Assembly: GCA_902789225.1 (NCBI GenBank)
Contig: CADANC010000002.1
Location: forward strand, 103,167 to 167,166
Direction of reading: 5' to 3'
Source: an uncultured Erysipelotrichaceae bacterium
GTDB lineage: Bacteria > Bacillota_I > Bacilli_A > RF39 > UBA660
Length of the DNA: 64,000 nt
Positions within the stretch are counted from its first letter, which is position 1; every line of letters starts with the position of its first letter. The notes under the pieces were generated by a model. That model was given only the letters and a program-made list of their open reading frames with translations. It had not been told where the DNA came from and made no database searches. Shown here piece by piece: positions 58,515 to 64,000 of the stretch. Position numbers and translations under genes: made by a program.

Positions 58515-60022
58515 GAATATAATGCCATTGAGTTAAATGAGTTTCCACCTGAACCATATTTTATTGGATATCCACTATATGCTCCAAAGTGTAAGTGTAC
58601 TCCATAGGCTACACCTGTATTACCCATAGCACCAATTACCTGTCCTTTTGATACTGTATCATTTGCACTAACATATCTTTGACTTAGGTGACCATAATAT
58701 GTATATATTCCGTTGTGATGATCTATAACTATATATTGACCATTTATTGATTGATATCCTGATTCTTTTACTGTTCCAGCGTTTGCTGCAAAGATTGCTG
58801 AACCATATCCACAACCTGCAATGTCATTTCCATCATGTAATGTTCCCCAACGATAACCATATCCACTTGATATAGATGATGGTGAACCACATGTAGCTGG
58901 CCATCCCCAGTTACCAGATATTGCGACAGGTCTACCATAAGCTGAACTTGCTCTTCTCTTAGTACCTTTAACAATAATTTCTTTTATAGGTTCCTTTAAA
59001 ACTTTTGTTTCTATGGTAACTGTATTTACTGTTACTCCGTTTACTTTTTGAATTTGTTGAGTAACTCTATTCTTACCATTTACTCCAGCTTGTGTTACTT
59101 CTTGATAATCTGTATATTGATTAGGATCTTCTTGTGTTTCTGTTGTATATTGTTTATCTTCATCCTTAATAATGTAATCTTCTTCAACAACATCTACTTG
59201 AGGTTGTACTATACCTACTTTTAATACTTGTCCTGGATACAATAATGTTTTAACATCTGTTATATCATTATTTGCTATCATAAGTTCTTCTGTAGACATT
59301 TGGTTATTAAATGCTACTTTTTCTATTGTATCTCCTGGTTGAACAACATAATTTGATTGTTCTTCTGTTGTTCCGAAAAGTAGATATTTACTTAATTCTT
59401 CTTCATCTAAATATATCTTTTTATCTATTGGAATTCTTTGTTTTGAAATAGATATTTTATTTTTGATATATATATTTTCTATAAGTGAACCTGTTTCTTT
59501 AATTTCTAATTGTGTTTTATTAGCATATGCATCATATAAGTCTGATGTTACAAATGCTTTAGCAGTATTTACTGCTGCATTAGTAAATGTTCCTTTTTTT
59601 ATTACATAAATTGTTTGAGCATCAGTTTTTACTTTTTCACTATCTGCTTGAGTTTTAGTTACTCCACCAATTCTAATTCTATATCCATTGATAGTTAATG
59701 GTGAAATATCTTTTATTTTTTCATATATTTCTTCTACTGTATAAATATTATTATTATATGTATATTCTTGTTTAATTTCTAAATCTTTTGGAGTATATAC
59801 TTTATCAACATTATATTTCTTTTTAACTTCTTCTTCTTTTTTATTTATATATTTCTCTAGTTCAGTTTTAGATTCTATTAATCCTATATATTTACCTTTA
59901 AGATATACTCTATATACTTTCTGTGGTTTTGTTAATTTGTTTGTAGTTGTGGTAAATCCTAATGATAAGGGAATTAACATTATTAATAATATTAACAATA
60001 TACTTTTTATTTTCTTATTCAT
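58511..60022 (-). CDS. M23 peptidase with LysM and G5 domains
   Basis: YVVQPGDT LysM, G5-like segment, HDGND, YGHL and HLHF. Confidence 0.9.
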   Translation of the reverse strand: MNKKIKSILLILLIMLIPLSLGFTTTTNKLTKPQKVYRVYLKGKYIGLIESKTELEKYINKKEEEVKKKYNVDKVYTPKDLEIKQEYTYNNNIYTVEEIYEKIKDISPLTINGYRIRIGGVTKTQADSEKVKTDAQTIYVIKKGTFTNAAVNTAKAFVTSDLYDAYANKTQLEIKETGSLIENIYIKNKISISKQRIPIDKKIYLDEEELSKYLLFGTTEEQSNYVVQPGDTIEKVAFNNQMSTEELMIANNDITDVKTLLYPGQVLKVGIVQPQVDVVEEDYIIKDEDKQYTTETQEDPNQYTDYQEVTQAGVNGKNRVTQQIQKVNGVTVNTVTIETKVLKEPIKEIIVKGTKRRASSAYGRPVAISGNWGWPATCGSPSSISSGYGYRWGTLHDGNDIAGCGYGSAIFAANAGTVKESGYQSINGQYIVIDHHNGIYTYYGHLSQRYVSANDTVSKGQVIGAMGNTGVAYGVHLHFGAYSGYPIKYGSGGNSFNSMALYS

Positions 60023-61373
60023 ATGATTCTTCCTTTTTATCTTCTCTTCTTAAACTTAAGAATGTAGATGTATTCTTCTTAAATAATAGTTCTATTGTAG
60101 CAGTTGATCCATTACGATGTTTTCCTATTATTAATTCTGAAATGCTATTATTATCTTCAGTTCTAGCTTCTTTATTATAATAATCATCTCTATATAAGAA
60201 TGCTACTATATCGGCATCTTGTTCAATAGATCCTGATTCTCTTAAGTCTGACATAATTGGTCTTTTATCTTCTCTCGTTTCAACACTACGAGATAATTGT
60301 GATAAAGCAATTATTGGAACATTTAATTCTAAAGCAAGTGTCTTTAGGCTTCTTGATATATCAGATACCTCTTGTTGTCTATTTGTACCATAGTTTTTTC
60401 CACCTGATATTAATTGTAAGTAGTCTATTACTATCAATGATAAACCATGTTCTGAAGATGCTAGTCTACGGCACTTTGCTCTTATTTCGCCGATTGAAAT
60501 TCCTGCAGTATCATCAATCATTAGATTAGTTCCTGATAGTTGTGACATAGCTTCATTTACTCTTTTCCAATCTTCATTAAGAAGTCTTCCTGTTCTTAAT
60601 TTGTATCCATCTATTTGCCCTAATGAAGAAATAATTCTTGTTGCTAATTGTTCTGCTGGCATTTCTAAGTTAAATACTGCAACAGCTTTATCTTGAATTT
60701 TAGCTGCATTTGTTGCTATATTTAGAGCAAATGCAGTTTTACCCATAGCAGGACGAGCAGCTATAATTATTAATTCACCAGCATGAAGTCCTGTTGTTAG
60801 TCTATCAAAGTCATATAATCCAGTAGCAAGTCCAGTAATTTCATTTTTATTTTCTGCTAAAAATTCTAAATTTGCTTCAGTTTTTTGTAAAACGTCTTTA
60901 ATAGTTCTAAACTCTGTTGATTTTCTATTTTTTACTATATCTAAAATCTTTTTTTCTGAATTATCTAAAATATCATTAACAGTTTCATCTGTTGAATATC
61001 CATCGCTAGCAATTTCTTCTGCTGTTGTTATTAGTCTCCTTAATATAGATGATTCTTGTACTATGTTAATGTAGTAATCTATATTTGAGGCTGTTGGTAC
61101 AAAGTTTACTATTTCTGTTAAATATTCTACTCCTCCAACTTCATTTAATTCTTTTTTCTTTTGAAGTTTTGCTGTTAGTGTTGTTAAATCTAAGGGAGTA
61201 GACTCATCTGATAATTCAATAATACTTTTAAATATCTTTTGGTTTTTTTCATCATAAAAGTCTTCTGGTGACACACTCTCGATTGCTTTTTGCATAGCAT
61301 ATTTAGTTAAAAAGCATGCGCCTAATACAGATTCTTCAGCTTCTAAATTGTTAGGTAATGTCCTTATAGGCAT
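60015..61373 (-). CDS. dnaB: Replicative DNA helicase
   Basis: AARPAMGKT, IDYLQL, LSQLSR and DLRESGSIEQDAD. Confidence 0.96.
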   Translation of the reverse strand: MPIRTLPNNLEAEESVLGACFLTKYAMQKAIESVSPEDFYDEKNQKIFKSIIELSDESTPLDLTTLTAKLQKKKELNEVGGVEYLTEIVNFVPTASNIDYYINIVQESSILRRLITTAEEIASDGYSTDETVNDILDNSEKKILDIVKNRKSTEFRTIKDVLQKTEANLEFLAENKNEITGLATGLYDFDRLTTGLHAGELIIIAARPAMGKTAFALNIATNAAKIQDKAVAVFNLEMPAEQLATRIISSLGQIDGYKLRTGRLLNEDWKRVNEAMSQLSGTNLMIDDTAGISIGEIRAKCRRLASSEHGLSLIVIDYLQLISGGKNYGTNRQQEVSDISRSLKTLALELNVPIIALSQLSRSVETREDKRPIMSDLRESGSIEQDADIVAFLYRDDYYNKEARTEDNNSISELIIGKHRNGSTATIELLFKKNTSTFLSLRREDKKEESYE

Positions 61374-61383
61374 GTTATCACCT

Positions 61384-61824
61384 CTACTTTATTAAGTGTA
61401 CTTTTACTGTTGCTACAATTTTTGGATATAGTTCTATTTCTACATTATGAAATCCTAAACTAGAAATAGAATTATCCATTTTAATCATATTCTTTTCTAT
61501 CTTTATATCTTTCTTTCCTAATTCATCTTTTATTTGTTTAGCACTTACACTTCCAAATACTTTGTCTCCTGCTCCTGTTTTTACTTGGAATTCTAGCACT
61601 TCTTTATCAATTAATTTCTTTAATTCTTTTGCTTTTTCTTGTTCTTCTAGATCTTTTGCTTTCTTTTCTTTATTTTCTTTTTCTAATTGTCTTAAAGAGT
61701 CTTTTGTTTTTAAAACGGCATATCCGTTTTTTATTAGGTAATTTTCTGCATAACCAGTTTTTACATCCTTAATATCCCCTTTTTTTCCTTGGCCACGTAA
61801 ATCTTTAATGAATATTACTTCCAT
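61384..61824 (-). CDS. rplI: 50S ribosomal protein L9
   Basis: GKKGDIK.V..GYA.NYL and FGSVS. Confidence 0.95.
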   Translation of the reverse strand: MEVIFIKDLRGQGKKGDIKDVKTGYAENYLIKNGYAVLKTKDSLRQLEKENKEKKAKDLEEQEKAKELKKLIDKEVLEFQVKTGAGDKVFGSVSAKQIKDELGKKDIKIEKNMIKMDNSISSLGFHNVEIELYPKIVATVKVHLIK

Positions 61825-62807
61825 TATTTTACCTCCTCTTCAATTATTTTTTTCAACTTATCATGTACTTTGCTTATTTTGTCTTCTTTGACAGTTGCTG
61901 CTCCATGATAAGCATCTCCTCCTCCTTTAAAGTTTGATAATATTTTGTTTATATCAAATTCTCCTAGACTTCTTGCACTTATTCCTATTTCTTCTTTTGA
62001 TAGTTTTGCTATTACAAATGAAGCTTCAATATTATTAAAATATAGAAGTGTGTCTGCTACTTTAGCTATATCTTCTCTCCTATATAATGTATATGGAGAT
62101 CCTTTTGTTATAGCTATATTTCCTATTGTTTCAACACTTGTTAATAATTTTTCTCTTTCTGTATATTCTTCTAAATCTTGTTTTAGAAGATATTGTACTT
62201 TTTGGGCACTTGCTCCTAAACAAGATAAATAATATGCTGAATAATATGTTTCTCTTGTTGTTTTTAGTATAAAGTTGTTTGTATCTAATACTATACCTGC
62301 TAATAATACTGTTGAATAATATGGATCTAATTCTAAATCATATTTTTCTATTAATGTAGTTATCATTTCACAAGTACTTGATACTTCTGGTTCTATTATT
62401 TGATATGCATCTTTAATTGTTGTTTTTCCGGTGTTGTGATGATCTAAAATTACTTTTCTATCAAATTTTTTAAGTGCTTCTGCACTTTGTACTAATTCTG
62501 TTTTGTTAGTATCTAATATTATTAATAGATTTTTACTATTCTTTGGATGCATCTTTTCTTCTATTTCTTCTGTTTTTACTATTTCTATACATCCAGTTAA
62601 TTCTATAAGAACTTTTGCCACTCCTGCTTCATGTTTCTTTTCATCTATTATGATATAAACGTTTTTACGTTTCTTTTTAATTATTTCATATAATCCTATA
62701 GTACTTCCTAAAGCATCTAAATCTAAGTTTTTATGAGCCATTAAAAATACATTTTTAGAATTTCTTATGAATTTCATCAGTTTATTAATGTTGTTTTTTT
62801 CTTCCAT
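61824..62807 (-). CDS. DHH/DHHA1 phosphoesterase (GdpP catalytic portion only)
   Basis: H..DLDALG, LDHH, GIVLDT, ISARS and GGG..H; occupies the gdpP position between rpsR and rplI. Confidence 0.85.
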   Translation of the reverse strand: MEEKNNINKLMKFIRNSKNVFLMAHKNLDLDALGSTIGLYEIIKKKRKNVYIIIDEKKHEAGVAKVLIELTGCIEIVKTEEIEEKMHPKNSKNLLIILDTNKTELVQSAEALKKFDRKVILDHHNTGKTTIKDAYQIIEPEVSSTCEMITTLIEKYDLELDPYYSTVLLAGIVLDTNNFILKTTRETYYSAYYLSCLGASAQKVQYLLKQDLEEYTEREKLLTSVETIGNIAITKGSPYTLYRREDIAKVADTLLYFNNIEASFVIAKLSKEEIGISARSLGEFDINKILSNFKGGGDAYHGAATVKEDKISKVHDKLKKIIEEEVK

Positions 62808-62917
62808 AATTTGCTCCTTCCACTAGAAATACGCACTTTTCATTACATAATATATTTTACTATAATATAATGAGTAATTCAAATAAAGAGAACAAAAAAA
62901 GTAGTTATTTTTCATAA

Positions 62918-63133
62918 CTACTTAGTATATGGTAAATATGCTATTGCACGAGCTCTTTTGATTTCTCTTGCTACTACTCTTTGATGACGAGCGCATGTAC
63001 CAGTTACTCTTCTAGGAACAATTTTTCCTCTTTCATTAATATATTTTTTAAGAGTTTCTGGATCTTTATAATCAACTGTTTTACCAGCACATAATTGACA
63101 TACTTTTTTTCTTCTTCTATTAAATTCTGCCAT
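62918..63133 (-). CDS. rpsR: 30S ribosomal protein S18
   Basis: VDYKD...ERGKI.PRRVTG.CA.HQR. Confidence 0.96.
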   Translation of the reverse strand: MAEFNRRRKKVCQLCAGKTVDYKDPETLKKYINERGKIVPRRVTGTCARHQRVVAREIKRARAIAYLPYTK

Positions 63134-63152
63134 GACTATCCTCCTTTTTTAG

Positions 63153-63635
63153 TTAGAATGGTAATTCATCATCGCTAATTTCAATATTTTGTCCAAAGTC
63201 AGCAAATGGATTTGAATCTACATCTGTGCTTTGTGGAGCCTCATCCTTAAAATCATAAGGGGTTGGTTCTGATGATGAACTTGTTTCTCCTGATGGCATA
63301 GATGAACCATTATTAGAATTTTTACTACCCATGAATTCTACTGAATTTGCTATAACTTCTGTTACATATCTTTTTTGTCCATTATTATCATCGTAATTTC
63401 TTACTTGAATTCTTCCTTCTACAGCAACTTGTGAACCTTTAGCTAAATAGTTCTTAACATTTTCAGCTTGTTTATTCCAAACAACGATTGGTATAAAATC
63501 AGTTCCTCTTTCTTGTGTATTTGAATTAAATGGTCTATCGACAGCTATTGTGAAATTACAAACAGCTGCATTTCCAGAAGTGTATCTTAATTCTGGGTCT
63601 CTTGTTAATCTTCCTATTAAAACTACTTTATTCAT
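63153..63635 (-). CDS. ssb: Single-stranded DNA-binding protein
   Basis: MNKVVLIGRLTRDPELRYT...DDELPF. Confidence 0.97.
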   Translation of the reverse strand: MNKVVLIGRLTRDPELRYTSGNAAVCNFTIAVDRPFNSNTQERGTDFIPIVVWNKQAENVKNYLAKGSQVAVEGRIQVRNYDDNNGQKRYVTEVIANSVEFMGSKNSNNGSSMPSGETSSSSEPTPYDFKDEAPQSTDVDSNPFADFGQNIEISDDELPF

Positions 63636-63652
63636 ACTATACCTCTTTTTTA

Positions 63653-63940
63653 TTAATCTTCTACTCTAATAATTAAATGACGAAGTAAATTCTCATTTAA
63701 TCTTGCAACACGATCAAATTCTTCAATTGTTTCTTTATTAGCTTCTATTTCATAATAGAAATAATATCCAGTATTAAACTTTTTAATTTCATAAGCTAAT
63801 TCTTTTTGACCTATTGCTTTTTCTGTAGTGATGTTAGCTTTATCATTTACTAATACTTCCTTTAATGCATCTGCAGTCTTAGTAACTTCAGCTTCTTCCA
63901 TATCAGGTCTAACAATAAAAGTTATTTCATATTTATTCAT
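63653..63940 (-). CDS. rpsF: 30S ribosomal protein S6
   Basis: YEITFIVRPD...LAYEIKK...GYY...LRHLII. Confidence 0.96.
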   Translation of the reverse strand: MNKYEITFIVRPDMEEAEVTKTADALKEVLVNDKANITTEKAIGQKELAYEIKKFNTGYYFYYEIEANKETIEEFDRVARLNENLLRHLIIRVED

Positions 63941-63944
63941 GACT

Positions 63945-63990
63945 ACACCTCCTTTTGGTCTATTGGCTATATATTTTATAGCAAGGAGTA
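63945..63990 (-). promoter_or_regulatory. S6:S18 ribosomal protein leader RNA (candidate)
   Basis: Minus strand TACTCCTT-GCTATAAAATATATAGC-CAATAGACCAAAAGGAGG: CTCCTT can pair with the SD AAGGAG around an internal hairpin, upstream of rpsF. Confidence 0.6.
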
Positions 63991-64000
63991 TTTTAAATAC

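Noticed and set aside
338-62232. Many short + strand ORFs in the track (e.g. 338-574, 1453-1701, 3999-4316, 11186-11725, 50233-50574, 61945-62232)
   Set aside because: They lie antisense to well-supported genes, have Ser/Phe/Leu/Ile-rich shadow composition and lack SD sites.
1-64000. Possible genetic code 4 (UGA=Trp) given the Mollicute-like AT content
   Set aside because: RF2 is present with its UGA-dependent frameshift, genes end at TGA (e.g. ung, prfA) and Trp is encoded by TGG.
1-64000. tRNA, rRNA, CRISPR array, IS transposase or reverse transcriptase
   Set aside because: None recognised; intergenic spaces are short and AT-rich apart from the island arm.

Overview
Very AT-rich Bacillota (Bacilli, probably RF39-like) chromosomal window, mostly coded on the minus strand. 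It uses the standard genetic code: prfB is present with its +1 frameshift, and peptidoglycan genes are present. The right part (40.4-64 kb) is housekeeping: secA, hpf, rpiB, rpmE, murA, prmC, prfA, rpoE, argS, pta, ung, rlmH, walJ, dnaB, rplI, rpsR-ssb-rpsF. Two accessory systems stand out. (1) At 1.8-20.6 kb is an apparently minimal type VII secretion locus: EssC, EsaB/YukD and fused multi-WXG100-like proteins, with no EssA, EssB or EsaA in the locus. It is linked to a ~3100-aa protein with a hydrophobic region, an HEXXH metallopeptidase-like motif, a papain/C39-like Cys-His module and a C-terminal ADP-ribosyltransferase-like domain. A DUF4176-like gene and an ADP-ribosylglycohydrolase (candidate immunity) follow it. 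(2) At 35.9-40.4 kb is a ~4.5-kb island without an integrase, inserted in the SEC-C-coding 3' end of secA. It has a synonymously recoded target duplication, tandem arm-like repeats, nested direct-repeat-bounded cassettes (radical SAM mobile pair, XRE) and a multi-hairpin candidate ncRNA. All family assignments are from motif recognition by eye; no database searches were run.
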